Of a stretch of DNA of 64,000 nucleotides, positions 10,100 to 20,824 are shown piece after piece. Position numbers and translations under genes: made by a program. Source of the stretch: Barthelona sp. PCE. Taxonomy: Eukaryota. Each line of letters starts with the position of its first letter. Position 1 is the first letter of the stretch. The stretch spans positions 124,001 to 188,000 of the forward strand of contig JAUFOR010000002.1 of the NCBI GenBank assembly GCA_040285745.1, written 5' to 3'. Below the pieces are notes generated by a model, which worked only from the letters and a program-made list of their open reading frames with translations, had not been told where the DNA came from and did not search any database.

Positions 10100-12086
10100 A
10101 TGGGTTGCAATTCTAGTTCTGCTGTTCCTGTTGAAGGTATGTCGACTCATCGAAAATTTTTAACGCAACTCACACCAAGAGAACATTGAAGAAAACGTTG
10201 AGGAAAAACCAATCGAGAAACCAACCGAAAAGCCCATTGAGCAGCGCCCTGCGCCCCCTGTACTTAAGACTGAGGAGCCTAAGGAGCCTACTCCCGTCCA
10301 GCCTGTTGAACCCACTCCCGTCCAGCCTAATCCTAAGGAAGAAGAGGAAGAGAGTGATTTCGAGTTCGATGACCACATTGATGACTCTGATGAAGAGGAA
10401 AGCGATGGTGAAGAAGATTTCCAAACCATTAACGCAGTTATTGATATCGATGATGCTGCTGTTGCCAATTTCCTTGATGATGACAATCCGGAAACCCAAA
10501 AGAAACTTATCAACGCAATCCGTAAGGAAGGAGTTGAGGAGATTGTCTTCAAGGGTGGCATGAATAGAGAAATTTTTGCGTTCCTCAAGGCCGCCAGTTA
10601 CGCTCTAACTGATGCCCAGAAGACCAAGTCCCTTTCTGTATCATTCGTTGCATCCAGCGAGGATGGTATGGAGCTTGAGAACGAACTTATCCCTATCCTT
10701 GCTCACGCCATTCGTGGCAACACATCACTTGAGAAGGTTTTCATTTCCGCCAACCGCCCCGAGATCCTTGTTCCTCTGCTTGAAGCTATTGCAGAGAACA
10801 CCTCTATCACAACACTTTCCCTTTGGCTCAGTACCATCTATAACCGTGTATTCGAAGCTCTGGTCAACGCCTTCAAGGTCAACAACCGCATTCACAAGCT
10901 CATTGTACGCGGTACTCGTATCCGTCGTTCTGGCTATCCCATTCTTTTCGAAGGCCTCGCTGAGATCGAGTCTTTGCAATCTCTTTCTATTAAGAGCTTC
11001 CCCGTAACCAAGACCTTCTGTGCCAACCTCCTCAAATACATGGAAACTGTCAAGGGACTCGGCCGTATCTCCTTCCGCCTCAAGACCGAAGAAAACTCCC
11101 GCGAGTTCATTGCCGCTCTCACCAGTGGTATCGCTAAGGCTGACTCCATTCGCGCACTCTCTCTCAATTCTATCGACTTTAACGAAGACCAGTGGGATAC
11201 TCTTTTCAGACTCCTCCCCAAGACAAACATTAACGACCTTGAGCTTGATGAGTGTGAAGTCCCCGCCTCCACATCATCCCGCTTCGCACGTGCACTCAGC
11301 AAGATGCGTCTTACCCGTCTCTTCTTACCCACCAACGGTTTTGACGGTTTGGCTTTCGACTCACTTATCAACAACTATACCCACCACGGTTTCCCTATTC
11401 GTGAGTTGGTTCTTGATAACAACGATAATCTTCAAGAAAACGTTATTGTAGAGCTCATCAAGAAGCTTAGCGGTTCCCCCACCCTTAAGATTCTTTCCCT
11501 TCAGGGTTCTTTCGGTGATGCTGTAGCGCTCGCTGTTGCTGATTTGATGGAAGAATGCCTCATTGAGGACGTATCTCTTGCTGGTTGTGATCTCTCTGAG
11601 GAAACCTTGTCTGCTTTGTTCGAAGCTGCATCCAAATCTGGCACCCTTCACAAGCTTGACCTCGCAGATACAGGCATGTCAGATTCTTCATGCGGAACAC
11701 TCGCCCAAACCCTCTCACAACTCGAGATTGACCACATTGATCTGAGCCACAACAACATCTATGATGATGGTCTTGAAGCTCTGGGCAAGGCATTCTCCGA
11801 AATGGAAGGCAAGACCTGCTCCCTCCGTGTACTTGAACTTGATCACAACAACTTCGGTAACAACGGTGCTACTGCCCTTTCTGAGGGTCTCCGCACACCC
11901 AATTGTCACAAACTGCAACGCATTACACTTAACGATGCAAACTACGATGCTGAAGGTCTAGGTGCTCTTATTGATATTCTACGTGGTTCAGCCACCATAG
12001 AACGCCTTGAAGTTGACGAGAAGGCCGCTGGTGAGATGAAGGATGATATCTTTGTTGAGTTTGGTACCAAGGTTGAGTTCTTGTAA
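10100..12086 (+). CDS. N-acylated RNI-like leucine-rich-repeat protein; two exons (10100-10136, 10180-12086)
   Basis: Splicing gives MGCNSSSAVPVEENIEENVEEKP..., an acidic/Pro-rich linker and RNI-type LRRs (IDLSHNNIYDDGLEAL, LELDHNNFGNNGATAL). MGCxxS is a myristoylation/palmitoylation motif. Confidence 0.85.
10137..10179 (+). other. 43-nt spliceosomal intron
   Basis: GTATGT donor, branch-like ACTCAC ending 6 nt before the end of the AAG acceptor, and an in-frame TAA at 10161. Removal restores the frame. Confidence 0.85.
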
Positions 12087-12104
12087 AAAAAAATTTTTTC
12101 TTTA

Positions 12105-14138
12105 TTATTTTCTAACAACTGGTCTGAACATTAAGATCTTACACACCCTCTTATCATGAGGATTCTCAATACAATAAACATTATCCTTTAACACGAAAAT
12201 AGCACTGTTCTGTTTCGCGTGCTGTGTTGTTGATTCATCACTTCCGCTATTCTTGATATAAAACAGTGCCTCTCCGTACATAACGAATGCGACTATATCG
12301 CTTGCAGTGCGCAGAGCCTTGGTTCTCTCATCAACCCCAAGCTTCAACACTCGTACATCGAATGAGCCCTGTTGGAACACGTCAGCTGTGCTTCCGCCTG
12401 TCTTTGGTGTGGGGACGAACTGAAGCTCCTTTGTTGGACAGATGTTCTCCACATCATCCCAGATACCCTGGCTTTGGTCGTACATTGTGGCTATCTTTGG
12501 AGTCTTTGCTATTTTCTTCCTCTGCTTCTTCTTCTCGGCCTCCAGCTCTTCCTCCACAAACTCCTCAAAACGGTCATTGAATGTTGGATTCTCGTTGGCT
12601 TGTTCCTTGCGCATCTCCCTGAAGTGTCTCGCTCGGTCGCGCAATCCACCGTGCCTGTTCAGCTTCTCCCTAATATATTCGATCTCTAGGTCGCTCTCGT
12701 TGCCCTCAAACTTATAATCCTTATCATTTGGATCATCACTAAAAAACTCCTCATCAACATCATGCTGCTCGTAGTCCAGTGCATTAAAATTGAATCGATC
12801 CATGAACTCGTCTTCGAGCCCTGGCTCCGTCTGTTCGTTATCTTCCTCAGAAATAAGATCATCGTCATCAAAATCATCAAGAAAATCATCATTATACCGT
12901 GGTGTGCTTTTTTTACGGCGCTTCACCTTCTGCGCTGATTCCACGTAGCGTTTTTCCCTACCCGGCCTCCTTGTTGGCCGAACAAGCTCAACTGTGTCTT
13001 CAATATCAGTTTCAGTTTGCTCATCGTCACTCTCAACTGGTTCTACTTCTTCCTCTATCTCGCTCTCGTACTCCAGCACTGACCTCTCTTCCTCCACGGC
13101 ATGCACAGTTGGTGTATCCTCCGGTATCAAAGGAACTGTGCTCTCCATATCATCAGGGAGATCCGGTAACGCATCAACGAACGAAGTGACGGGCTCCTCG
13201 TGCACGTTATCAATGAAAGATGTCCCCAACATGGGTGAATTGTCCGCTGCTGCTATGTCTGTTGACAAATTCCGCACCGTACTGTTCAATATTGATTTCG
13301 TGATGTTCTTCTTGTCCTGGTCCACCCTTGAGAAGGGAGACTGCTCCTCTGTGATGGTGACATGCCTGGCAGGGATGTTTGATGTCACCGGGCCGGCATC
13401 CTTATGCTCTTCTATGGCACTGATTGGGGGCATTCCGCTTTCGTCCAGTATTGATGAAAATGGTTGCGTGATGCTAACCGATGGCAGTTCCTCAAACAGC
13501 AACGGGCGCTGCTTTATGGATGTGTGCATAGGAAGATTAGGAAACGGCAGAACGATATTCTTCTTTTTTGATTTCACAGGCGATTGATTCTTTTTCATCG
13601 CAACATGAATTCTCTCGAGTATCTTTTCAGGTGCCTCAAACGGTAGCACCGACGAAACTGAGATATCTTCCTGTCTCTCATCCACCTCTTCCTCTTGCTC
13701 TACTTCTTCTGTTTCTACAATCCTCTCCACAATTCTAGGACGGACGGCCTCAATGGGGCTTGTCCGTAGGATGCTAGAGTCTACCTCACTTGTCATGAGT
13801 TCAAAATTGCTATTAGACAACGTGTCAGGCTGTGATTGTGAGACTGAGTCACTCATAAAAGATGTATGAAGCAGCTCCGACGTGTCCATGTTGGTGTTCA
13901 TGCTGAATGCAGGTGACTTTTGCACCAGTCCATCACTCTCTAATCGAGCCAAATCAGAATAAGTACGGTATTTTGGATATAATGCTGTTTGCGAAGATTC
14001 TGGGTTAAATCGTTTAACAAATGATGGGCGATTCTTTGCAAAATCCCTTCCAAACGTTGCCCAACGGTTCTTTGATGCACCTTGATTTTCCGCAACTTTT
14101 GTAACAGGAAACTTCGGGTTTCCATCAGGTTGTGACAT
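12105..14138 (-). CDS. CENPC: CENP-C/Mif2-like protein (long disordered region plus C-terminal cupin)
   Basis: The C-terminus FDVRVLKLG...IVAFVMYGEALFYI...AIFVLKDNVYCIENPHDKRVCKILMF fits the CENP-C cupin (F.VP.GN.Y.I.N pattern). Start taken at ATG 14138 (MSQPDG). Confidence 0.6.
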   Translation of the reverse strand: MSQPDGNPKFPVTKVAENQGASKNRWATFGRDFAKNRPSFVKRFNPESSQTALYPKYRTYSDLARLESDGLVQKSPAFSMNTNMDTSELLHTSFMSDSVSQSQPDTLSNSNFELMTSEVDSSILRTSPIEAVRPRIVERIVETEEVEQEEEVDERQEDISVSSVLPFEAPEKILERIHVAMKKNQSPVKSKKKNIVLPFPNLPMHTSIKQRPLLFEELPSVSITQPFSSILDESGMPPISAIEEHKDAGPVTSNIPARHVTITEEQSPFSRVDQDKKNITKSILNSTVRNLSTDIAAADNSPMLGTSFIDNVHEEPVTSFVDALPDLPDDMESTVPLIPEDTPTVHAVEEERSVLEYESEIEEEVEPVESDDEQTETDIEDTVELVRPTRRPGREKRYVESAQKVKRRKKSTPRYNDDFLDDFDDDDLISEEDNEQTEPGLEDEFMDRFNFNALDYEQHDVDEEFFSDDPNDKDYKFEGNESDLEIEYIREKLNRHGGLRDRARHFREMRKEQANENPTFNDRFEEFVEEELEAEKKKQRKKIAKTPKIATMYDQSQGIWDDVENICPTKELQFVPTPKTGGSTADVFQQGSFDVRVLKLGVDERTKALRTASDIVAFVMYGEALFYIKNSGSDESTTQHAKQNSAIFVLKDNVYCIENPHDKRVCKILMFRPVVRK

Positions 14139-14220
14139 TCTAACGCGACTGGTAAACTCAGCCGATTGCTCAAAAACCAGAAAAAAGAGGAAATGAGTTG
14201 TAAAATGAATAACAACCCTT

Positions 14221-16719
14221 ATGCCAACTAGTGACGAAATTTTACAGCTAATTAGCAACTGGGAACAATCTGCAAACGTTCTTAAGGTGAAACTAGACCA
14301 GTATACCAAACCTTCTGAAAAACATGTTCATTTCGCTCCGCTGAATGACTTGCAGTTTCATGAACAGACGCGCAGGGCTGAAATGGGGCATATAATCAGT
14401 TCACCAGTTCAGAACGAGGTTTCCTACTCAGCAAACACAGTTGATAATACGCTCGACGAGATCGAAGCTTATATCAACAGGGCAACTTTACAAGGTGTAT
14501 CATCCCCTCATATCAAACATGAGGAAGTTGAGCCTGAACCCGCTGTTCAACCAGTCGTAGTTGAAGCTACTCCTGTAGCTCCTGTAGCTCCAATAACACG
14601 TCCCAAAACTCCTCCTCCTCCTGTGCCTGTGTCCCCTACCCTCCCACAAATGCCTAAAATAGAGTTTGTTAAGGTCAACAAACACAGCTTATTCATGGCT
14701 AAAAACGCCCTTGTTGTATGTTTCTTTGGTATGAACATCTATATAAAGAGCATTATATGCACGTGCACAGGTAGCACGGGGCTAAAACACGATTTCGTAT
14801 GGCGATTCAAGCCTGGACAGCAGGGAACCTCTCTTACACTGCCATTTGACACTGGTTATTCTTTAAAGCTGTCCATTGAGACGATACCCGGCATCGTCAC
14901 GTTTCTTGAAGAGGTGCATTACAACGATGATTTCTACCCCCCGAAGGAACCAAGGTTTTCTAGTTTCAGCGAGTTATTCCGAAATCGCAGCGTCGAGGGC
15001 CCACTTACACATGCATTGTGCTTTCACGGTACATATAAGGAATGTGGCAGTGCGTTAAAGATATATAAAGCAGTGCAGGACATCGGATTATTTTGGAAAA
15101 AGAGAAAAAAGTGTAAGCCAAAAGGTTTCAATTTACTTGATCGTATCGAGTCTTACATCGACGACGTACGCCCCCTGGACCTTTCTGAGAGCAAGGATGA
15201 GTTCCAAGGGTTACCGGAAAAAGAAGAGAAAATTGAGAATGTGGAAAATGTAGAGGATGTGGAGCATGATGAAGATTTTTCTGAGTATCCAATAAGTACG
15301 CATATTGTGCCTCAGCCAGCCCCTGAGGCCCCAGTGCCCGAGCCTGAATCAATTGTGCTACCAGTTGACGAACCTACACCTTTAGAATCAGTTTACAATG
15401 ATGAAATCGACTCGAGCCCAATGGAACTGTCGATAGACACAATGCCCGACTTTGACTCGTTCGACGCAGCACTCAACGAAGCTGAGAAGCTCGCCCCGGC
15501 GGAAGATAAAGAGGAGAAGAACCTGTATGTTTTTCTCCCCAACACCGCAAAGAGATCGATGGAGAATCTCCCCATAACGCAAACCGGATTTAGCATCAAA
15601 TTTTCAGACGTTAAGATTGACCAGAGCATGTGCGTTTCCAACTCCGACCTGTTCTCCTATTATTGGAGCACGGGCTTCTACTCCGACGATGATACCCCAT
15701 TCGATGAGCGCATGGACATGTACCACAGCCCGGTGTTTGCGCAGAACGGAACGGGATTCCAATGGGAGATGTCGTTGCCAATGACTGTATCAAAATTCTT
15801 CCTGTATAGGAAGCCGGTAAACCTGTCACATAGTCTAATTGGTGTTCTCGACGTGGCAGCCTCTGTTGCTGAGCTGCAACACTGTGAGATGAGCGTTCTG
15901 TTTTCTGATGATGGGACTGCAGTTGACGCTGATGATATAATAGCAACCTGCAATATAGCAATTGAGCCTCTTTACAACGACGCAATGGTCTATGACGAGC
16001 CTGTCGAGCACCCTCTTGAGCTTCATAATGAGCACAGTGTTTTCTCAATCCACCAGAACTTAATCGACGTAGACAGCATTTTCTCTAACAGTCCCAATCC
16101 ATCTATTGCAACCGCGACTCCCACAAAGCCCGCGACTCCTATTGCTGAGGCGGAAGACAGCGACATTGACATCAGCAGCATAGATTTCCAGCATATGGAC
16201 TCGTTGCCGATCGAATCGCCTGATCTACCATCTTTCATGGAAGACCCGCCGACGCCGCCACTGAAGGTTGTCGAAAATGTACTATTTGAGTCGGAGGACG
16301 AGGTTGAGTTCGATCTAAAGGCTAGTGTTAGCGATTTGAAACGTGCTCTGGCTGAGCTTGATCTAATGACGGACCGGTGTAACAGGAGACTTGATACGGG
16401 AAGTTGGGACGATGGAAAGAGCGATAACGAGCAGCCAATGGAGCACAGCTCGGAAAAGAACGTCAAAATCAATAGCAACCCATTACCTAGTTTTGAAGCA
16501 CCCAGTTTTAGGAGTATAGATGATGATATCTCCAAACTACGCGTTAAGCTTGCGGACACCGTCATCACTCCGCCCAGGCAGGATGAGAAATCAATCATCA
16601 ATGCCAAGGAGAAGTTGCATTTCAGTGAGCAAGAAGACGAATTTTTTGCTTTTGAAGACGATGTTCGCTTTTTGGACAAGAAGATTGAGGAGTTCAGACG
16701 ACTGGCGTTCCTTGACTAG
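14221..16719 (+). CDS. Hypothetical protein with acidic/Pro-rich regions and a short C-terminal coiled coil
   Basis: 832-aa ORF starting at ATG; no family recognised with confidence. Confidence 0.7.
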   Translation: MPTSDEILQLISNWEQSANVLKVKLDQYTKPSEKHVHFAPLNDLQFHEQTRRAEMGHIISSPVQNEVSYSANTVDNTLDEIEAYINRATLQGVSSPHIKHEEVEPEPAVQPVVVEATPVAPVAPITRPKTPPPPVPVSPTLPQMPKIEFVKVNKHSLFMAKNALVVCFFGMNIYIKSIICTCTGSTGLKHDFVWRFKPGQQGTSLTLPFDTGYSLKLSIETIPGIVTFLEEVHYNDDFYPPKEPRFSSFSELFRNRSVEGPLTHALCFHGTYKECGSALKIYKAVQDIGLFWKKRKKCKPKGFNLLDRIESYIDDVRPLDLSESKDEFQGLPEKEEKIENVENVEDVEHDEDFSEYPISTHIVPQPAPEAPVPEPESIVLPVDEPTPLESVYNDEIDSSPMELSIDTMPDFDSFDAALNEAEKLAPAEDKEEKNLYVFLPNTAKRSMENLPITQTGFSIKFSDVKIDQSMCVSNSDLFSYYWSTGFYSDDDTPFDERMDMYHSPVFAQNGTGFQWEMSLPMTVSKFFLYRKPVNLSHSLIGVLDVAASVAELQHCEMSVLFSDDGTAVDADDIIATCNIAIEPLYNDAMVYDEPVEHPLELHNEHSVFSIHQNLIDVDSIFSNSPNPSIATATPTKPATPIAEAEDSDIDISSIDFQHMDSLPIESPDLPSFMEDPPTPPLKVVENVLFESEDEVEFDLKASVSDLKRALAELDLMTDRCNRRLDTGSWDDGKSDNEQPMEHSSEKNVKINSNPLPSFEAPSFRSIDDDISKLRVKLADTVITPPRQDEKSIINAKEKLHFSEQEDEFFAFEDDVRFLDKKIEEFRRLAFLD

Positions 16720-16810
16720 GCATTTATATTGCTCAGTTCATCATTAATCGTGTGTGCGTTGTAAATTGTTGTTTCAATTCTTTATCCCTTTTCATCATTT
16801 TCTTTTAAAT

Positions 16811-18094
16811 ATGCGCCGCGCTCCACGAATGCAGCCCAATGAGGTGAAGCTTTCTTCAACACAGACCATTCAATCGATTGTATCTAATCCACACATAACG
16901 AAACTCGATCTGGGTCCACATGCACTCGAAGATGTGCGTGATATTGCGTCGCTTTGCTACCTACCACACCTAACAGAGCTAGATTTTGTTGCAGGAACGG
17001 AGTTTGTAGAAAAGTACATTATATTCATGTTTCCGACAATTAAAGTTATAAACGGGCGTGAAATCGACGACGAAGAGCGAACTTTTATTAGGATAAACAT
17101 ACACCGTTTCCACGTCAAGTACCCACTCAGTTTTCACAGTCTTTGCAAGTATCTGGCTTCAGCTGATCGGTCAGTGGACTCATCTCGCATCTCCAGCACG
17201 CTGTCTGAACAGCTGACACGTGTTAAGAATCCAAAATTCCTTGTTCGAACATCTGTATCATCACCCAAGTTTGAGCAAAAAATCCCTGTTATCCCGTATC
17301 AGGATACAAATATCAACAGAGACCTTGAGCGGGACCTCCTCCTCGAGGACCTGGAGGGACCGAACCGTAAACCGTCGCGTATGGCTCCGAAGATTGAAAA
17401 GCCTACGCCGAAGACGGTTATTCCCGAGATAAAGATCGTTAACGAGCGCCCCAAAGAGTACTTCTACCCCAAGCGCACGGATAGCGAATTAGAGGAGAAG
17501 AGACGTGCAGCTGTTTACACAAACGATGGCTCAGTTACCGTTTACTATCCAACGGGGGAGACAGCAATCACAGTAAGCCGCCTAGATGGCCTCTATTCCC
17601 TTGTGTTTGCGTACTCTCCAAGAGGAGACGTGCTTATTGCTCTCAACGATGAGGGTTACGGGCAAGTTCTCGACCACAATGGTAAACTGCTGTTGACGGT
17701 GTCTGAGGAAACTGTCATGGCGTGCACATCCGTGCTCCCCTCTTCGCTGATCAGCGAAGAGGAACGCCTTGACAAGACGGAGATAATCACCGGTGGCCTA
17801 CTCAAGTTGAGAGTTTCTCCTGATATTTTGCTCGAGTTCGACGTTGAGACGCGTAGAGCCGCAATTGTTTACGACAGACATATCCGCCTCCTGCTTAAAA
17901 ACACAGAGAGTCTGAACCCGGACCAGTACCTGGTGTCACCAGACATCAGCAGGATACAGACCACTCCAAAGGCGAAGCATAGCCGTAAGATCGTGACTCA
18001 GGAGATGAAGGAGTTACGGACGATGCAATCACGACTCAGCACGCTCCTCACAAAAATTGAAAACGAAACCAATGTCTTTGCGTCAAAGCTATGA
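16811..18094 (+). CDS. Protein with an N-terminal LRR/LRRcap-like region and a FAM194/ERICH6-like C-terminal domain
   Basis: LPHLTELDF...FPTIKVINGREI (LRRcap-like). DGSVTVYYPTGETAITV...LIALNDEGYGQVLDHNGKLLL resembles the FAM194 domain. Confidence 0.55.
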   Translation: MRRAPRMQPNEVKLSSTQTIQSIVSNPHITKLDLGPHALEDVRDIASLCYLPHLTELDFVAGTEFVEKYIIFMFPTIKVINGREIDDEERTFIRINIHRFHVKYPLSFHSLCKYLASADRSVDSSRISSTLSEQLTRVKNPKFLVRTSVSSPKFEQKIPVIPYQDTNINRDLERDLLLEDLEGPNRKPSRMAPKIEKPTPKTVIPEIKIVNERPKEYFYPKRTDSELEEKRRAAVYTNDGSVTVYYPTGETAITVSRLDGLYSLVFAYSPRGDVLIALNDEGYGQVLDHNGKLLLTVSEETVMACTSVLPSSLISEEERLDKTEIITGGLLKLRVSPDILLEFDVETRRAAIVYDRHIRLLLKNTESLNPDQYLVSPDISRIQTTPKAKHSRKIVTQEMKELRTMQSRLSTLLTKIENETNVFASKL

Positions 18095-19063
18095 TTTCTT
18101 CTGTTTCCTTCTTCCCCGTCGCTTCTTGTGCTTCTGTTTGGATTTGTATGTGTCTCTCAGACAGCTGGGTCTTGTTTTCTCAATATCTTCACTCGTTGCA
18201 TATCTTGGGTTTTGATTTTGAAGCAAAACAACAGTTTCCAGCATACTAACAGCCTCAACGTTATCCTTGTTGGTGATCTTGGGTGCTATTGTGATCCATC
18301 CTGGTCGAGCACGCGTTGGGATAAGTGATACAAAGAGACGGTGCTTACTAATAACGAAATTTTCAACAATGCTTTGCATACGAGGTATACGTTCGCTTTC
18401 ATTATCAACGTACACGTCAGAGTCCATGTTGCTGTGTATGAAATCACCATCATGTATCCTGTTGATGCGTCCGCGAATTCCAAGGTAGCAATCGAAATGA
18501 CCGTTTTTTATCAGAGAATCTGACTGATTCTGCTTATTTCTTGAAAGAAAACTGATCATCTCAACACGGCGCACACCAAATTTCCGAAATAAATTATGCA
18601 AATAGTTGTAATCATTGTGAAAAAAGTATAAAAAACTACGCTGGGCAAGTAACCCATCAAAATTGATATCAAAGAACCGTTTCTTTGTTGAATCGGGGAG
18701 ATTTTCGGTACCTGGGTCAACAAGAATTGCCTCAAACTTCACAGACCTAAAAACATCATGAAAAGGAAACATAAACACGTCATCAATCTCCCAATAACTT
18801 GCTGGATTCCCGTTTGCAGCAATTTCTTCTTCTTTAAGCAGTCTTAAATCACGCCTCTTTGGATAAAAGTCTGGATTAAGTGTAAGTAAAAAATTTGCTG
18901 GACTCACCCGAGGTTGTGTGTAATTAAAGTTAAGAATCGGTACTTTAAATCGCTCGTACGATATTGTTTCTTGTTTAAATGATGCAGAACAGGAGTGAGA
19001 TTCTTCATCTTCACAAGTTGTTGAAAGACCATATTTGTTTAAAAGTGCAGGATGAAAGCTCAT
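18089..19063 (-). CDS. METTL14: METTL14-like MT-A70 family m6A writer subunit
   Basis: PANFL; YPKRRDLRLLKEEEIA...PASY; KFEAILVDP; DGDFIHSNMDSDV; RPGWITIAP. These are collinear with METTL14 blocks (YPKLRELIRLKDELIA, DGDFIHANVDIDL, RPGWLTVGP). Confidence 0.8.
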   Translation of the reverse strand: MSFHPALLNKYGLSTTCEDEESHSCSASFKQETISYERFKVPILNFNYTQPRVSPANFLLTLNPDFYPKRRDLRLLKEEEIAANGNPASYWEIDDVFMFPFHDVFRSVKFEAILVDPGTENLPDSTKKRFFDINFDGLLAQRSFLYFFHNDYNYLHNLFRKFGVRRVEMISFLSRNKQNQSDSLIKNGHFDCYLGIRGRINRIHDGDFIHSNMDSDVYVDNESERIPRMQSIVENFVISKHRLFVSLIPTRARPGWITIAPKITNKDNVEAVSMLETVVLLQNQNPRYATSEDIEKTRPSCLRDTYKSKQKHKKRRGRRKQKKS

Positions 19064-19166
19064 ATAAAAATCATTTTAACAAGTGAGGACCACAACGAAA
19101 AGGATATATTGGAAAAAACACTTGTAGTCTTCATTATCCCTGTCTTAGTGACTTACCTGAGTTTAT

Positions 19167-20795
19167 ATGTCAGAAATCGTTCAAAGGCAGTTGGAAAGTT
19201 GTCTTCCAGAACTGCAAGAGTACCTAGAAAAAGAACTATTCACAAAAAACGAAATTTCCAAGATTTTGGATCGCAGAAGGCATTTTGAGTATCTTTTATT
19301 AAAGAGAACGCCTGAGGTATCTGATTTTCTCGAATACATTCAATACGAAAGTGCCTTAAAACTGCTCAAGGACGCACGCAAAAAGGAGAAGTCCGTTACA
19401 AAGTTAAACAATGACCATTTCCTCACTCAACGTGTGCAAATGCTCTTTAACCGGGCTGCTAACCGGTTTCCTGGGGATTTAAAGCTTTGGAATCAGTATT
19501 TAACAACCTTAATCAAGGATAACTCAGTTAAGCAACTCAATGGTGTTCTTGCCCGTGCAATCGCACTGCATCCACGCGAGCCCATGTTCTGGAAACTTGG
19601 AGCTGAGGTTTCTGTCGCTAACGGTGACTTCGATGCTGCTAGAAATCTTTTGCTGAGGTCATTATCAGGAAATAACGACTGCAACGATCTGTGGGCTGCA
19701 TATGCAGGCTTTGAAGTTAGCTATCTGGAGTTTCTGAGGTCAACTGGAGTGCTTAAAGTGTACCCTGGTGACAGTGATGAGCAAAAGGAATCGAAAACGA
19801 ATTTGGCTGCTGGAACTACCCTCCTAACTGTTTTAGATGGTGCTTTGGAGGCAGGAGTATCACAGGAGTGTCTCCGTCAGATCATTAAGAAAATTGAGAA
19901 AAAAATGGATACTGAGCTACTGCCCCAGGTATATGGATGTCTTGACATGGAAGATGACAAGAATGTCATGTTCTACTGGTCACATCAGCTGAGAATAAGG
20001 GTGGATTCAGCAGAAGAAACGATACTGATGCTGGTTTCGCTCGATGTTGAAGAGAAAGTGAGGTTCACAATGGTAATATGCGACATTCTCCTCATGCTGC
20101 ACGAGCAGCTAGAAGACGTGACCGCTGCCGTTTCACACTTTTTTGAACTTTGGAAAGAGGAAAAGGTGTGGGAGATCCACCAAGATGATTTGTTTTACAA
20201 GACTATGTACGCTCTTGTTGCTGCAATCCCATTCTCTGAGCCTGTCTACGCATTCTACATGGCTGTGATCACAGAAAACATTGTCAATGAGTACGTTTTC
20301 TCAGCTTTATATGTTATGAATGCAGAGATCGACTATCTCGATGTCTTACAGGAGGGAAAGTCAACCGTTCTCTTTGATCTTATGCTGAAGGACGACACAC
20401 GCGGTGTATCCGATGCAATCGACGTGTTGCGCGTCTTGAGTGAATCCGTCATCCACCGTAACACCAAAGAGAAATTTGTTATGACTTTCTTCTCGTTACC
20501 TCACATAATCAATGACCTCACAATCGATCATGTATACACGGTGCTATCACTTTTTGCTTTTGAGCCCAATATTATTGACTGCACTTTCCCTTTATACAGA
20601 ACACTTTTCACAACAGATCACCTGTTTGCGCTTCTTAAGCGCATCACAAAACGTTCGAATAACTACATGGTATGGTCCGTCTTTATCAAGTTAGTCGAAG
20701 AGCAAGGATCCCTAAAAGAATTCAACCATTGGCTTGAAATTGCCCGTCAGGAGGTTGATGATAACATAAAGTTTATCAGAGAGCTACAGAAGTAA
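19167..20795 (+). CDS. UTP6: U3 snoRNP/SSU processome protein Utp6 (HAT repeats)
   Basis: MSEIVQRQLESCLPELQEYLEKELFTKNEISKILDRRRHFEY...DFLEYIQYE; LFNRAANRFPGDLKLW. Confidence 0.9.
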   Translation: MSEIVQRQLESCLPELQEYLEKELFTKNEISKILDRRRHFEYLLLKRTPEVSDFLEYIQYESALKLLKDARKKEKSVTKLNNDHFLTQRVQMLFNRAANRFPGDLKLWNQYLTTLIKDNSVKQLNGVLARAIALHPREPMFWKLGAEVSVANGDFDAARNLLLRSLSGNNDCNDLWAAYAGFEVSYLEFLRSTGVLKVYPGDSDEQKESKTNLAAGTTLLTVLDGALEAGVSQECLRQIIKKIEKKMDTELLPQVYGCLDMEDDKNVMFYWSHQLRIRVDSAEETILMLVSLDVEEKVRFTMVICDILLMLHEQLEDVTAAVSHFFELWKEEKVWEIHQDDLFYKTMYALVAAIPFSEPVYAFYMAVITENIVNEYVFSALYVMNAEIDYLDVLQEGKSTVLFDLMLKDDTRGVSDAIDVLRVLSESVIHRNTKEKFVMTFFSLPHIINDLTIDHVYTVLSLFAFEPNIIDCTFPLYRTLFTTDHLFALLKRITKRSNNYMVWSVFIKLVEEQGSLKEFNHWLEIARQEVDDNIKFIRELQK

Positions 20796-20824
20796 ATAGC
20801 ACAATATTTTATTGTATTAATGAG

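Noticed and set aside
19121-19159. ACTTACCTG as a U1 5' end, or a minus-strand GTAAGT donor
   Set aside because: It runs straight into the UTP6 ATG with no U1 stem-loops or Sm site, and no intron is needed for METTL14.
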